64,000 bases of DNA. It comes from an uncultured Ruficoccus sp. GTDB lineage: Bacteria > Verrucomicrobiota > Verrucomicrobiia > Opitutales > Cerasicoccaceae. The stretch lies in contig OZ223510.1 in NCBI GenBank assembly GCA_965140785.1, positions 192,001-256,000 of the forward strand, written 5' to 3'. Positions within the stretch are counted from its first letter, which is position 1. Each line of letters begins with the position of its first letter. This document shows, in pieces, positions 21,219 to 32,861 of this stretch. Both the position numbers and the translations under genes were made by a program. Below the pieces are notes generated by a model, which saw only the letters and a list, made by a program, of their open reading frames with translations, did no database searches and had not been told where the DNA came from.

Positions 21219-22124
21219 TCAGTCCTTTTTCTTCGGCGTGCCGAGGTACTGATGGAGGAAGGAGAGAACGGTTGGGCGCAGGTCGAACTGCTCAGGCTGG
21301 AAGTTAAAACTGTGCGGGGCTCCGGCGATTTCCAGGTAGCAATAGGGCGTGCCAAGTTTTTCAAGATCGCTGGCCAGATCGCGGGAGAATTGGACCGGGA
21401 TGGTCTTGTCGCCTGTTCCGTGGGCGATGAACATGGGCGGCAACTCCGCGTCAAAGTACGTCACGGGAGAGGCCGCCTCGGCATACTGCTTGCGGACCTC
21501 TTTCGGCATGCCCGAGAAGGGATGAACGCGGAACTTGCTCACGTCGTAAATGCCGTAAAAATTCAGAATACAGGAAACGGCGTTGGATTGGTCGAGATAG
21601 AGGCCCTCCTGATTCATGCTCTCATCGTTGGCGGTGGCACCCATCATCATGGAGAGATGCCCGCCGGCGGAGCCGCCCATGACACCGATATGGTCCGGGT
21701 CGATATCGAAGCGCCCGGCGTTCGCCCGGATGAAGCGCAGGGCGGATTTGCAATCGTAGAAATTCTGTGGCCAGGCCAGGTAGGAGAGGTTGAGCTTCTT
21801 CGTCTTTGGGTCGCGTTCGCCGACGTTGAGGGCGTAGTTAATCGAAAAGACTGCGTAGCCGTTGGCGGCGAGGGTGTTGGCGAAGTTGCGTTCGCGGCTT
21901 GAGGCTTTGTCCCCCACACGCCAGCCGCCGCCGTGGATGAGCAGCATCGCGGGAACGGGGCGCTCAAAGGAGTCCGGTGGCAGATAGACGTCCATCTTCT
22001 CCTCCCGGTCCGACCCGAGATAGTTGATATCGGACTGTACGGAGACAGCCGAAGCGTTTGAGGCGGCATGGACAGCGCCGAGGGCCAGAGTACTCAGTAG
22101 TACAACGAGACAAGCTTTCAACAT
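21219..22124 (-). CDS. Secreted alpha/beta-hydrolase (HSL-like / BD-FAE-type esterase)
   Basis: IHGGGW, GGSAGG nucleophile elbow, HGTGDKTIP, GAPHSF; signal peptide from MLKACL (22124). Confidence 0.88.
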   Translation of the reverse strand: MLKACLVVLLSTLALGAVHAASNASAVSVQSDINYLGSDREEKMDVYLPPDSFERPVPAMLLIHGGGWRVGDKASSRERNFANTLAANGYAVFSINYALNVGERDPKTKKLNLSYLAWPQNFYDCKSALRFIRANAGRFDIDPDHIGVMGGSAGGHLSMMMGATANDESMNQEGLYLDQSNAVSCILNFYGIYDVSKFRVHPFSGMPKEVRKQYAEAASPVTYFDAELPPMFIAHGTGDKTIPVQFSRDLASDLEKLGTPYCYLEIAGAPHSFNFQPEQFDLRPTVLSFLHQYLGTPKKKD

Positions 22125-22253
22125 GACCGAGACCCTAGCCGCGCTCCCGAGCCAAGGCAAGAGTAGCTGCCTGCGTCGCCCACGCTAATTCATACACATA
22201 GTTGAACGCGCCGGACTCGGAATGTTCGATAGAGAATTCCACGAAAGCCCGAC

Positions 22254-23252
22254 TCAGGCCATGCGGACAATATTCTCGGCGGTGACGGGGACGAGGGCGG
22301 GCTTGCCCTCCAGGTAGCGCCGGCATTCCTCCATGGCCATGTCGCCCATGCGGTTGCACTCACGTCCGGCGGAGCCGGCGATGTGCGGCGTGAGGAAAAC
22401 ATTCGGCATGTTCAAAAGGGGAGAGGTGCAAAACGTGGTCTCGTCGACGATGACGTCAAGAACGGCGAAAAGGTCGGGGCGACTCTCCAGGACGCGGATC
22501 AGGCCCGGCTCGTCCACGATAGCGCCGCGCGCGGTATTGATAAAGGTGGCATTGGGCGGCAGCCGCTCCAGCAGTTCGCCGCTGATCATGCCCTCGGTTT
22601 CCGGCAGTTTGGGAGCGTGCAGGGAGACGACATCACACTCGGAGAAAAGTGATTCGAGGCTGGTGGCTTTGCGCACCGATAATTCCTCAAAGAGCGAATC
22701 GCTGGCGAAGGGGTCGTAAACGATCACATCGAGATCGAACTGCGAAAGCCGCTGGCAGACCAGCCGCCCAATCGCCCCCAGTGAAACAATACCAACCCGG
22801 GAGCCACGGTAAACGCCGGGGATGCCGTCAAGATCGCGAATGCCCTGCTTAAGCGCGTGGTTTTTGCCCCAGGCCCGCTTGAGTGAAAACACAATACTGG
22901 CCATCGTGTACTCAGCCACGGGAACCGCGTTGGCGGTGTAGGCGCTGGTCAGGCGGATGTCGCGCTCCCAGAAAGCCTCCGTAACCAAGTAGCGCACGCT
23001 TCCGGCGCCATAGAAAAAAGCCTTCAGGGAGGGCAGGCCGTTCAGCAGCCCGGCGTCCAGGACTGGCGCCCCCCAGCCGGAAAAGACGATTTCGACATCC
23101 CGGTAATGCTCGGGGTTTTCCAGGACTTGCTCCGGGCTATGGGGGCGGCCGTCATTATCGGTCATACGGCCGATTTCAGTGAGGGTGGATTCGCTGTAAA
23201 TCGTGCGCATATGCTTCTCTCGAAGCATGAAGATGGATCTGGGCTTATTCAT
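22254..23252 (-). CDS. D-isomer-specific 2-hydroxyacid dehydrogenase
   Basis: ANAVPVAEY, SLGAIG, SLHAP, FINTARG, LTPHIAGS. Confidence 0.9.
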   Translation of the reverse strand: MNKPRSIFMLREKHMRTIYSESTLTEIGRMTDNDGRPHSPEQVLENPEHYRDVEIVFSGWGAPVLDAGLLNGLPSLKAFFYGAGSVRYLVTEAFWERDIRLTSAYTANAVPVAEYTMASIVFSLKRAWGKNHALKQGIRDLDGIPGVYRGSRVGIVSLGAIGRLVCQRLSQFDLDVIVYDPFASDSLFEELSVRKATSLESLFSECDVVSLHAPKLPETEGMISGELLERLPPNATFINTARGAIVDEPGLIRVLESRPDLFAVLDVIVDETTFCTSPLLNMPNVFLTPHIAGSAGRECNRMGDMAMEECRRYLEGKPALVPVTAENIVRMA

Positions 23253-23476
23253 GAGTGAACAAAACGACCATTTTACTGGCTGCGCCGTCGCTGTAAAGGA
23301 TGTTGATGCTCATTAATATGAATGACTAAAAAAGTGAAACCCGCATGGGGTGTATGAAGCAGACGACTGGTCGGGCGCGGATAGGTTTAAAGTGGATCAG
23401 CATGCACCCGGAGAGCGGGATTTTCTTCTGTCTTTTGCGTTTTCTTCCCCCCGGTCAGCCTGCTAAGGTACGCACC

Positions 23477-23944
23477 ATGAAAATCCCCCTTACCGCTCTT
23501 GCACTCTCTTTTTTATTGTACCCGTTGACTGGTTCGGCGTTGCCGGCGAGCCAAAGCCACAGTGGCCGGGAAGTCGTCAAGGCCAGCAGGCTGGAAGGCT
23601 CCTGGGTGTCCACCAACCTCTCCGGGGACGCGATCTGGCTGGTTGTGCAGCAGGTCGGCGTGACCTTCAAGGACGACGGCACCTTTACGGCGAGCGCGGT
23701 CCTCGACGGCGGCAGCCGGGATAATTTCGCCGGGCCGTACCACCTGGACGAAGGAAAAATCCGCCTCGACCCCAAGGGCCAGTCCGCGCTGATCTGTACC
23801 TACTCGATCAAGAACGGCGTCCTCACCCTCTATAATGCCCAACATGGGATTACCGCGACGTTCAAGCGCGGCGAGCTTCCCTCCGCCTCGTCCAATTCCT
23901 CCAACTCACCCGATACCGGCGGCATGCCCGGTATGCATTTTTAG
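23477..23944 (+). CDS. Small secreted hypothetical protein (lipocalin-like beta-rich domain)
   Basis: Signal peptide from MKIPLTAL; LEGSW...TFKDDGTF...GPYHLDEGKI pattern. Confidence 0.65.
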   Translation: MKIPLTALALSFLLYPLTGSALPASQSHSGREVVKASRLEGSWVSTNLSGDAIWLVVQQVGVTFKDDGTFTASAVLDGGSRDNFAGPYHLDEGKIRLDPKGQSALICTYSIKNGVLTLYNAQHGITATFKRGELPSASSNSSNSPDTGGMPGMHF

Positions 23945-24033
23945 GGCGTTTGAGGGCTGACCGCGCGCGGTCGAAAAGGGCCGATTTTTTTGCTTTCGCC
24001 CGGCCCGGAACTCTGCCAATGTCTTCGGTTTTT

Positions 24034-24528
24034 ATGCGCCACACGATCTCAGCCTTGGTTGAAAACAAGTTCGGTGTCCTTGCCCGCGTCGCGGGCATGT
24101 TCAGCGGGCGTGGCTTCAACATCGACACGCTCAATGTCGGGCCGACCCACGACCCGCTCCTCTCGCGCATAACCATCACGGTAGTCGCCGAGGCGGAAGG
24201 GACGCTGGATCAGGCCATTAAGCAGCTCGACAAGCTGGTCAACGTCATTCAGGTGACCCACTTCAGCGAGCGGGGTGCTTTTGTGGCGCGCGAGCTGGTC
24301 ATGCTCAAGATCGATGCCGACCGCCAGAAGCGCTCGGAGATCATCGAGATCGTCGATATTTTCCGCGCCAAGGTCGTGGACGTCGCCACTGACTCGATTA
24401 TCATCGAGTGCACCGGCAACGAGAACAAAATCCGGGCCTTCCTGGAGCTGATCAGCCCCTACGGCATCACCGAAATGGCCCGCACGGGCAATGTCGCCCT
24501 GCCGCGCGGCTATGTGGCCGAGCGCTAG
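24034..24528 (+). CDS. ilvN: Acetolactate synthase small (regulatory) subunit
   Basis: MRHTISALVENKFGVLARVAGMFSGRGFNIDTL (ACT domain); C-terminal EMARTG. Confidence 0.95.
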   Translation: MRHTISALVENKFGVLARVAGMFSGRGFNIDTLNVGPTHDPLLSRITITVVAEAEGTLDQAIKQLDKLVNVIQVTHFSERGAFVARELVMLKIDADRQKRSEIIEIVDIFRAKVVDVATDSIIIECTGNENKIRAFLELISPYGITEMARTGNVALPRGYVAER

Positions 24529-24612
24529 CCTCCCGTTTTTCGGGTTGCTGCGGCGCCCGTTTACGTATTCACCGACACACTTTTAACCAACCAGAAACTC
24601 AATACTTACACC

Positions 24613-25647
24613 ATGCCCGCCAAGGTTTATACGGACAAAGATGCGGACCTGAGAGTCCTCAATGGAAAAACGCTGGCCGTTATCGGATACGGCTCACAGG
24701 GCCACGCCCATGCCCTCAACCTCAAGGATAGCGGCTGCAAGGTCATCATCGGCCTGTACCCGAAAAGCAAATCCGCAGCCGTCGCCAAGAAGCAGGGCTT
24801 CGAAGTGTTCGACACCGCCGAAGCCGTCAAGCGCGCCGACGTGATCATGCTCTCCATTCCGGACATGGTGCAGCCCGAGGTTTACGAGAACGACATCCTG
24901 CCCAATCTCGAAAAGGGCAAGACGCTGGTATTCTGCCACGGCCTGTGTGTCCACTTCGGCCTGATCGACCCGCCCAAGGGCGTTGACGTCATCATGGTCG
25001 CCCCGAAGGGCCCCGGCCACGTCGTCCGCTCGCAGTACGTCGAAGGCAAGGGCGTTCCCGCGCTCATCGCCGTGCTCAAGGGCTCGTCCAAAAATGCCAA
25101 GCGCATCGCTCTGGCCTGGGCCAAGGGCGTTGGCGGCACCCGTGCCGGTGTCATCCAGACCACCTTTAAGGAAGAGACCGAGACGGACCTCTTCGGTGAG
25201 CAGGCCGTGCTCTGCGGCGGTGCTTCCGCCCTCATCCAGGCCGGTTTCGAAACCCTCGTCGAGGCTGGTTACCAGCCCGAGATGGCGTACTTCGAGTGCT
25301 TGCACGAGATGAAGCTGATCGTTGACCTCATGGTCGAGTCCGGCATCAGCGGCATGCGCTTCTCCATCTCCGAAACGGCTGAGTACGGCGACGTCACCCG
25401 CGGCCCGCGCGTGATCAACGACAAGTCCAAGAAGGCGATGAAGGCCATCCTCAAGGAAATTCAGGACGGCAAGTTCACCCGCGAATGGGTCAAGGAGTAC
25501 AAGGCCGGTTATCCGAAATTCAACCAGTTGCGCAAGGAAGGTGCCCAGCACGGCGTGGAGAAGGTCGGCAAGAAGCTGCGCGCGCTCATGCCCTGGGTGC
25601 CGAAGAAGGACATCAAGGGTGCGCAAGCCTCCTACACTTCCAAGTAA
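24613..25647 (+). CDS. ilvC: Ketol-acid reductoisomerase
   Basis: [38 protein letters not shown]. Confidence 0.97.
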   Translation: MPAKVYTDKDADLRVLNGKTLAVIGYGSQGHAHALNLKDSGCKVIIGLYPKSKSAAVAKKQGFEVFDTAEAVKRADVIMLSIPDMVQPEVYENDILPNLEKGKTLVFCHGLCVHFGLIDPPKGVDVIMVAPKGPGHVVRSQYVEGKGVPALIAVLKGSSKNAKRIALAWAKGVGGTRAGVIQTTFKEETETDLFGEQAVLCGGASALIQAGFETLVEAGYQPEMAYFECLHEMKLIVDLMVESGISGMRFSISETAEYGDVTRGPRVINDKSKKAMKAILKEIQDGKFTREWVKEYKAGYPKFNQLRKEGAQHGVEKVGKKLRALMPWVPKKDIKGAQASYTSK

Positions 25648-25708
25648 GTCAACGGCTTAGACAACTTGTTTTCATGCGGGCAGGCTAAACACCTGCCCGC
25701 ACTTGCTT

Positions 25709-26578
25709 ATGGCAACGAAAGCTTTCACGCTCGTCACCCGCGGCAGCCCGCTGGCGCTGCGCCAGACGGAAATGGCGCTGGAGTGGCTCCAACGGCACCT
25801 GCCGCAGACGGAGTTCACCGTGCGCGAGATGATCACCACCGGCGACAAGCAGAAGCAGTGGTCGCTGGAGCAACGTGGCGGCGAGGGTCTTTTCGTCAAG
25901 GAATTGGAAGAGGCCCTGCGCAACGGCGATGCCGACGTGGCCGTGCACAGCGCCAAGGACCTGCCCGCCGTCCAGCCGGACGATCTGGAAATCGTCGGCT
26001 ACCTGCCGCGTGGCGAGGTTAACGATGTGCTCGTGGTACGCGAGGAGGTGGCCAACCCCTGCCTGATCGCCACCAGCAGCCCGCGCCGCCGGGCGCAGCT
26101 CAAACAGCTTTATCCCAGCGCCGTGTGGTCGGAGATCCGCGGCAATGTCGAGACGCGCCTCAAGAAGGTCGCCCACGGCAAGGTCGAGGCGACCGTCCTG
26201 GCCGCCGCCGGGCTCAAACGCCTGGGTCATTTCGAGTGGCCGGGGCTGACCTTTAAGCCCTTCAGTCCCGCGCAGATCATTCCCGCCGCCGGGCAGGGCG
26301 CGATCGCCCTGCAAGTGCGCAAGGGCGAGTGCGCTCACCTGCGCACCGTTCTGGACGAAGAGACACGCTTCTGTGTGGAGACGGAGAAGGCCGTACTGGC
26401 CGGGCTGGGGGGCGGTTGCCATACCTCGATCGGTGTGTATTGTTATAACCGAACGGTATCCGTCTATTATGAGGAAATGGGCGCCCGCCACTACCCGATG
26501 CGCGGCAACGGCGACGCCCGCGAGCGCGTGGTGGCCGAAATCGTAGCCGACCTCGGTCTGAATGAGGAATCCGAATGA
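25709..26578 (+). CDS. hemC: Hydroxymethylbilane synthase
   Basis: TRGSPLALRQ, GLFVKELE, VHSAKD, IRGNVETRL, cofactor Cys in GGGCHT. Confidence 0.93.
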   Translation: MATKAFTLVTRGSPLALRQTEMALEWLQRHLPQTEFTVREMITTGDKQKQWSLEQRGGEGLFVKELEEALRNGDADVAVHSAKDLPAVQPDDLEIVGYLPRGEVNDVLVVREEVANPCLIATSSPRRRAQLKQLYPSAVWSEIRGNVETRLKKVAHGKVEATVLAAAGLKRLGHFEWPGLTFKPFSPAQIIPAAGQGAIALQVRKGECAHLRTVLDEETRFCVETEKAVLAGLGGGCHTSIGVYCYNRTVSVYYEEMGARHYPMRGNGDARERVVAEIVADLGLNEESE

Positions 26579-28095
26579 GTGAGGGAAAAGTTTATCTGGT
26601 CGGAGCGGGTCCGGGTGATCCGGGACTGATTACGGTGCGCGCACGTGAGCTGATCGGCTCCTGCGACGTGCTCGTCTATGACTATTTGGCCAACGCCGAG
26701 TTGAAAAGCTGGGTCAAGCCGGAATGCGAATGCGTCTACGTGGGCAAGCGTCCGGGCCGCCACTCCATTTCGCAGGACAAGATCGAGGACATCCTGGTCA
26801 AACATGCCAAAGCGGGCAAGCAGGTCGTCCGGCTTAAGGGCGGGGACCCCTTTATTTTCGGACGCGGCGGAGAGGAAGCCTGCCGCCTGCGGGCGGACGG
26901 GATCGGGTTCGAGATCGTGCCCGCCGTGACCGCCGCCCTCGGCGCGGCTGCCAGCGCCGGTATCCCGCTCACCCACCGCGAGCACAGCTCGTCGGTCTGT
27001 TTCCTGACCGGGCACGAGGACATTGAGCGCGGCGACATGCATGTGGACTTCGAGAAGTTCGCCCAGGTCGGCGGCACGCTGTGCATTTACATGGGCATGG
27101 GGCACATCTCCGACATCACGGAGAAGCTCATCGCCGGGGGACTCTCGCCGGAGACGCCTGTGGCGGTGGTCGAGTGGGCCACCTTGCCGCGCCAGCGCAG
27201 TCTGCGCGCCACCCTGGCCACCGTGGCCGAGGCCAAGGAGAAGGCCGGCCTGAAACCGCCCGCCGTCGTCATTGTGGGCGAAGTCGCCCGTTATGCCGAC
27301 GAGCTGAACTGGTTTGAGCACCGTCCGCTCTCGGGCAAGCGCGTGGCCGTGACCCGTTCGCGCAGCCAGGCCGGGGAACTGCGGGCCAAGCTCGAAGCCC
27401 TCGGAGCCGAAGTGCTTTCGCTGCCGCTGATCGACATCGTCGAGGCCGAGTCGCACGAGACGGCGGACGTTTACGACGGCATGGCCAACTACGAATGGCT
27501 GGTTTTCACCAGTCCCAATGGCGCGCGTTTCTTTTTCAAAAAGTTCTTCGAAAAGTTCTCCGACCTGCGCTGCATCGGCGGGGTGCGCATCGCCTGTATC
27601 GGCGAGTCCACCGCCCGCGAGGTCAAGCGCTACCACCTGGCCGTCGATGTCATCCCGGAGACAGCCGTAGCCGAGAGTCTGGCTGACGCGCTCTTACAGG
27701 CCCAGAGCCTGGACAGCCTGAACATGCTCGTCGTCACCGGCAACCGTAACCGCGACGTCCTCATCCGCAAACTGGAGGAGGAGGGGCGGGCCATCGTCGA
27801 TGTGCTCCCGGTTTACCACAACGAGCCGGCTGACCTCAGCGAGGAGCCCGACGCGCAGTCCTTCCGCGAGAAGGGTGCCGACGCCATCACCTTTACCAGC
27901 GCCAGCACGGTGGAGAACTTCGTCACCCAGAGCGGTCAGCTCCAGCTCGCCAAGGGTGCCACGCGCCCCAAGGCGATCAGCATGGGCCCGATCACCAGCG
28001 CCGCAATGAAGGAGAAGGGCGTGCCCGTGGATGCCGAGGCCAAGGAACAGACCCTCGACGCACTCGTGGCCGCCGTGGTGAAAAAGCTGGCTTAA
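26575..28095 (+). CDS. cobA: Fused uroporphyrinogen-III C-methyltransferase / uroporphyrinogen-III synthase (CobA-HemD)
   Basis: VYLVGAGPGDPGLIT, RLKGGDPFIFGRGGEE, then a HemD half (VAVTR, FTSPNG, FTSASTV); ATGA overlap with hemC. Confidence 0.93.
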   Translation: MSEGKVYLVGAGPGDPGLITVRARELIGSCDVLVYDYLANAELKSWVKPECECVYVGKRPGRHSISQDKIEDILVKHAKAGKQVVRLKGGDPFIFGRGGEEACRLRADGIGFEIVPAVTAALGAAASAGIPLTHREHSSSVCFLTGHEDIERGDMHVDFEKFAQVGGTLCIYMGMGHISDITEKLIAGGLSPETPVAVVEWATLPRQRSLRATLATVAEAKEKAGLKPPAVVIVGEVARYADELNWFEHRPLSGKRVAVTRSRSQAGELRAKLEALGAEVLSLPLIDIVEAESHETADVYDGMANYEWLVFTSPNGARFFFKKFFEKFSDLRCIGGVRIACIGESTAREVKRYHLAVDVIPETAVAESLADALLQAQSLDSLNMLVVTGNRNRDVLIRKLEEEGRAIVDVLPVYHNEPADLSEEPDAQSFREKGADAITFTSASTVENFVTQSGQLQLAKGATRPKAISMGPITSAAMKEKGVPVDAEAKEQTLDALVAAVVKKLA

Positions 28096-28198
28096 TCACT
28101 GCTCCACCGTACGGGTCCGGTCATTTCCACCCAGATGGATAGCCACCGATAGAAACCCCGTGGGACAGGCTCCGTTTTTTTCGCGATAAAGCCTTGGC

Positions 28199-29383
28199 AT
28201 GACGGGGGTGGTTCCCACCATGACCCCCGTGAGTGCCGGAAAGTTTACGCTGATTTTAGGACTGGCCCTGAGCCTGAATGCCGTGGGGCTGCGAGCCAAT
28301 TGGGCCGACGGTACTCTGTCCGAGAGCGAAAGCGATGCCGGGCAGGATTCGCCGCTGGTCAATTTGTCCGACTGGACCCCCTCCGGACCGCCGGAAGGCA
28401 GTGACGACGACTGGATCGAGCTGACCTCCGGCGAGCTGCTGCGCGGCGAGATCAAGCGCATGTACGACGAGAGTCTGGTCTTTGACAGCAACAAGCTCGG
28501 CGACCTGAATCTGGACTGGGACGATATTAAACAGATCCACACCAAACGCCCACTCAGCCTGCGCCTCAACAACCGCACCACGGTGGTGGGCCAGGTCAGC
28601 CTGAAGGATGATAATGTCATCATCAAGGAAGCCAGCGGCAACGAGCTGACCTACAACCGGGACGAAGTCGTCTCCCTCGTTACTGCCAAAACGAGCGAGC
28701 TGAAGCGCTGGAGCTTCGAAGTCAGTATCGGGGCGGACATCCAGAGTGGTAACACGAACGAAACCTCCTACAGCGCCAGCGTCGATATCAAGCGGCGCAC
28801 GGCGCTAACGCGATTTTCTGTCAGCTATCTGGGCAACTACTCGAAGAACGACGGCAAGGTCACGAGCAGTAACCAACGCGCGAACAGCTATTTCGACTAC
28901 TTCTGGGACAAGCGGCTCTTCTTCCGTCCGGTCTTCATTCAGTACTACCGGGACCCGTTCCAGAACCTGGAATTTCAGGGGCTGATCGGCGGCGGGGCCG
29001 GTTATCAATTAGTCAAGAATTCCGACTTCGAGTGGGATGTGATGGCGGGACCGGCCTTCCAGTATAATGTTTACGACACCGTCCCGGCGGGAGAGAGCAA
29101 AAGCACCGGCAGCCCGGCGGCGTTGATCATCACGACCTTTAGCTACGACATCAACGACGACCTCACACTTGACGGCAATTACCAGGTCATCGTGACCGAT
29201 AAGGAATCAGGCCTGCTGACCAGCAACTTTACCACGACCCTGAGCTACGAGATCAACGATATCTTCGACATCAATACCTCGCTTATCTGGAACCGCATCC
29301 AGAACCCCACACCGGATTCCAGCGGCAGCGTGCCCAAGCGCAACGACATCAACCTTATCATCGGCCTGGGGATCAGCTACTGA
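28199..29383 (+). CDS. Outer-membrane beta-barrel, DUF481/YdiY-like, with N-terminal periplasmic domain
   Basis: Signal-like N-terminus, QSGNT motif, alternating amphipathic strands, C-terminal LGISY. Start may be 28220. Confidence 0.7.
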   Translation: MTGVVPTMTPVSAGKFTLILGLALSLNAVGLRANWADGTLSESESDAGQDSPLVNLSDWTPSGPPEGSDDDWIELTSGELLRGEIKRMYDESLVFDSNKLGDLNLDWDDIKQIHTKRPLSLRLNNRTTVVGQVSLKDDNVIIKEASGNELTYNRDEVVSLVTAKTSELKRWSFEVSIGADIQSGNTNETSYSASVDIKRRTALTRFSVSYLGNYSKNDGKVTSSNQRANSYFDYFWDKRLFFRPVFIQYYRDPFQNLEFQGLIGGGAGYQLVKNSDFEWDVMAGPAFQYNVYDTVPAGESKSTGSPAALIITTFSYDINDDLTLDGNYQVIVTDKESGLLTSNFTTTLSYEINDIFDINTSLIWNRIQNPTPDSSGSVPKRNDINLIIGLGISY

Positions 29384-29416
29384 TCCCGTTTAGCAGCAGG
29401 CAAAGAGTTACGTTTT

Positions 29417-30862
29417 TCAGGCTTCCTTGAACTGGGTGACGAGCGAGGTGATGGAGGCCTTGGCATCACCATAGAGCATGCGGGTATTCGGGCGCAGGAA
29501 GAGCTCGTTTTGCAGGCCGGAGAAGCCCGCGCCCTTGCCGCGCTTGAGGCAGAAGACCGTCTGGGCCTCGTGGGCGTTGATGATCGGCATGCCGTAAATC
29601 GGGCTGCTCGGGTCATCGGCGGCAGCCGGGTTGACCACGTCGTTGGCCCCGATGACGATAGCCACGTCCACCGTGCTCATGGTCGGGTTGACATCGTCCA
29701 TTTCAGCCAGTTGCTCGTAGGGCACATCGGCCTCGGCCAGCAGGACGTTCATGTGGCCGGGCATGCGGCCCGCCACCGGATGGATGGCGAAGCGGACCTC
29801 GGCGCCGTTGGCCTCAAGCAGTTCGCCCAGTTCCTTGACGGCGTGCTGCGCCTGCGCCACGGCCATGCCGTAGCCAGGGATGAAGACCACGTTGCGGGCG
29901 GCTTCGAGCACGTAATAGGCGTCCTCGGCGCTGATCGGCTTGAGCTCGCCCTCGGACTGGCCGGAGGCCGCCTGGACAGTCGAGCCGAAGCCGGAAAAGA
30001 GCACGTTGGTCAGGGTGCGGTTCATGGCCTTGCACATGATCACGGTCAGGATCAGACCCGAGGCCCCGACCAAGCAGCCCGCCACGATGAGCACGTTGTT
30101 CTCGATAACAAAGCCCGCCGCGCTCGCAGCCAGGCCGGAGCAGCTATTGAGCAAGGAAATGACCACCGGCATGTCGCCGCCGCCGATGGGCATGACGGCG
30201 AGAACCCCAAGCACGAGCGAAAGGAGGATGATCAGGATGATCATGGTCGTGCCAAGACCACCGGAGGGGTGGAGGGCGAAGATCACCGTGCACACCACGA
30301 TGGCCGCGGCGATGGCAGCGTTGACGGCCTTCTGGCCGCCGAACAGGGTGGGGCGGCCAGAAAGCTTGCCGGAGAGCTTGCCCCAGGCATAGACGCTGCC
30401 GGTAAAGGTGACGCCGCCGATGAGAATGGCCAGGGCGGTGACGGAGGCGGTGAAACCGCTCATACCGACAGCGATATCCATCCCCGAGCTGTCAACGACC
30501 TGCTCCACGAAGTCCGCCGACTGTCCAGCGCTCACGCGGGCGTACTCAGCCCAGCCGACGAGAAGGCTGGCCAGCCCGCCGAAGCCGTTGAAGAGCGCCA
30601 CCAGTTCGGGCATGGAGGTCATCTTGACAATGCGGGCGGCGATGACGCCGATCAAGCTGCCAACAATGAGCCCAGCGATGATCAACTGATAACTGATTAT
30701 GTTCCGGTCGAAAAGGGTGACGACTACGGCGATGAGCATGCCGAGCGCGGAGAGGCGGTTGCCCTTGCGCGCGGTTGAGGCCGAGCCGAGCATTTTAATG
30801 CCGAAAATGAAAATGACCGCCGCCGCAATGTAGGCGAGGTTGATGAGCATCTGGGTTTCCAT
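29417..30862 (-). CDS. pntB: NAD(P) transhydrogenase beta subunit
   Basis: MPELVALFNGFGG, PIGGGDMPVVIS, PGYGMAVAQAQH, HPVAGRMPGHMNVLLAEA. Confidence 0.97.
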   Translation of the reverse strand: METQMLINLAYIAAAVIFIFGIKMLGSASTARKGNRLSALGMLIAVVVTLFDRNIISYQLIIAGLIVGSLIGVIAARIVKMTSMPELVALFNGFGGLASLLVGWAEYARVSAGQSADFVEQVVDSSGMDIAVGMSGFTASVTALAILIGGVTFTGSVYAWGKLSGKLSGRPTLFGGQKAVNAAIAAAIVVCTVIFALHPSGGLGTTMIILIILLSLVLGVLAVMPIGGGDMPVVISLLNSCSGLAASAAGFVIENNVLIVAGCLVGASGLILTVIMCKAMNRTLTNVLFSGFGSTVQAASGQSEGELKPISAEDAYYVLEAARNVVFIPGYGMAVAQAQHAVKELGELLEANGAEVRFAIHPVAGRMPGHMNVLLAEADVPYEQLAEMDDVNPTMSTVDVAIVIGANDVVNPAAADDPSSPIYGMPIINAHEAQTVFCLKRGKGAGFSGLQNELFLRPNTRMLYGDAKASITSLVTQFKEA

Positions 30863-30896
30863 GGTGTGCGTGCGCTAAACGGTTCGTGCCAGTGGG

Positions 30897-31196
30897 TTAG
30901 TCGGCCTTGGGCTTGGAGGCGTCTTTCTTTTTGAACATGCCGAGCATGCGGTCGGTGACGAGGTAGCCGCCGACCACGTTGATGGCCGCCAGCACGACCG
31001 CGGCGAAGCCGAGCCAGGCCGAGAGCGTGCCGGTCGTCTCACCGGCGGCTATGAGCGCGCCCACGATGGTGATGCCGGAGATCGCGTTGGAGCCCGACAT
31101 GAGCGGCGTGTGCAGTTGCGAGGGGACCTTACTGATCAGCTCAAAGCCGAGGAAGGCCGCCAGCACGAAGATGAAGACGAGGAGTACCAGATCCAT
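30897..31196 (-). CDS. pntA: NAD(P) transhydrogenase alpha subunit part 2 (membrane)
   Basis: Start at MDLVLLVF (31196); LHTPLMSGSNAISGI, NVVGGYLVTDRML. Confidence 0.93.
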   Translation of the reverse strand: MDLVLLVFIFVLAAFLGFELISKVPSQLHTPLMSGSNAISGITIVGALIAAGETTGTLSAWLGFAAVVLAAINVVGGYLVTDRMLGMFKKKDASKPKAD

Positions 31197-31206
31197 GGTG
31201 TCGGAG

Positions 31207-31238
31207 GTTTGAGAGTTTAAAAGTTTGAAGGTTTGAGC
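31207..31238. repeat. Four tandem 8-mers (GTTTGAGA GTTTAAAA GTTTGAAG GTTTGAGC), orphan arm
   Basis: Visible 8-bp periodicity in the spacer between the two pntA parts; no inverted partner seen. Confidence 0.7.
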
Positions 31239-31278
31239 GTTCGCGGAGGCGGTGTGTAGCGAAATTCTCGATACGCGC

Positions 31279-32412
<1,134 letters not shown>

Positions 32413-32861
32413 AGCAGAATTCTAATAAGCCATGTGCATGGTAGTAGTATTGGCAATGACTAAATGGCCGAATGGTATTATTCAGGCGAGGGGGATGAAC
32501 GGGTTGTTATTGGCTTAACGTTAAGTCCATCAAGGAGATACTCAATGTTGAGTATGTGTCGAGGGTTCTGTCTTCAAAATACAAACATGCCCTCTGGTAA
32601 CTGTTTTACCGGTTGTACGCCTTTAGCTGCATGGGGCGGGAGGGCGGTCTTTGGCTTTAGCCGGATCACACAGAATAATAAAAGTAGGGGCTCTGTGGAT
32701 TTTTTCAACCACAGACAGCCCGGGAAGGCACAGCGCTGATTCACGGTTGGGCCTTTTCTCTGATCACCTGCACGGTGACACTCGGTAAAAACGCGGGAGA
32801 GCTTAGGTTCTTAGTTCCTAGGCTTGCCAGCGGGGTGGGCATCTGAATTAGAGTAGGTGTT

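Noticed and set aside
23950..25647. ilvN-ilvC without an adjacent ilvB
   Set aside because: The large subunit can lie elsewhere; no remnant seen and not informative alone.
28196..28238. Hairpin covering both candidate start codons of the DUF481-like gene
   Set aside because: Short GC-rich stem with no second copy or covariation support; could be chance.
32413..32861. Long AT-rich spacer with short ORFs between pntA and the TPR gene
   Set aside because: No recognisable RNA motif, operator or credible protein; treated as a divergent promoter region.
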